From assembly GCA_951406725.2 (NCBI GenBank), contig OX597814.1, forward strand, positions 87,978,001-88,042,000: 64,000 nt of DNA, written 5' to 3'. Source of the stretch: Octopus vulgaris (taxonomy: Eukaryota). Shown here in pieces: positions 63,796 through 64,000 of the stretch (positions within the stretch are counted from its first letter, which is position 1; each line of letters begins with the position of its first letter). A program made the translations under genes and the position numbers. Under the pieces are notes generated by a model, which was given only the letters and a program-made list of their open reading frames with translations, made no database searches and was not told where the DNA came from.

Positions 63796-64000
63796 GGCGG
63801 TGAGCTGGCAGAATAGCTAGCACGCCGGACAAAATGTTAGGCGGCATTTCGTCCGTCATTACGCTCTGAGTTCAAATTCCACCGAGGTCGACTTTGCCTT
63901 TTATCCTTTCGGGAACCGATAAAATAAGTACCAGTGGAACACTGGGGGTCGACATAATCAACTTACCCACCTAGCCCCTCTTGCTGGCCTTGTGCCAAAA
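63796..64000 (+). repeat. Family A SINE running off the window end
   Basis: GGCGGTGAGCTGGCAGAA..GAGTTCAAATTCC..GACTTTGCCTTTTATCC. Confidence 0.85.

Overview
AT-rich, intron- and repeat-rich animal genomic DNA. The SINE, LINE and MITE families look like octopus/coleoid cephalopod ones (recognised from memory, not by a search). Positions 554-31446 (+) hold the last 20 coding exons (2445 nt, 814 aa plus stop, splice phases consistent throughout) of a neuropathy target esterase / swiss cheese / PNPLA6-7 gene with cNMP-binding domains and a patatin domain (GGGARG, GTSIG, DGG). One intron has a GC donor, and the 5' part of the gene lies upstream of the window. An exon-free, CpG-poor tract to about 43.7 kb may be a very long 3' UTR. 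From about 44 kb onward the window is mostly transposon debris (RTE-like LINEs, mariner, Tc1, an RLE-type non-LTR element, piggyBac-like MITEs, many tRNA-derived SINEs). The best leads are structured non-coding elements inside the gene: a diverged tandem pair with H-box/ACA-box architecture at 30.0-30.6 kb (possible third copy at 15.5 kb), a pre-miRNA-like intronic hairpin at 6.66-6.75 kb and a long near-perfect hairpin at 42.1-42.3 kb. All folds were judged by eye.
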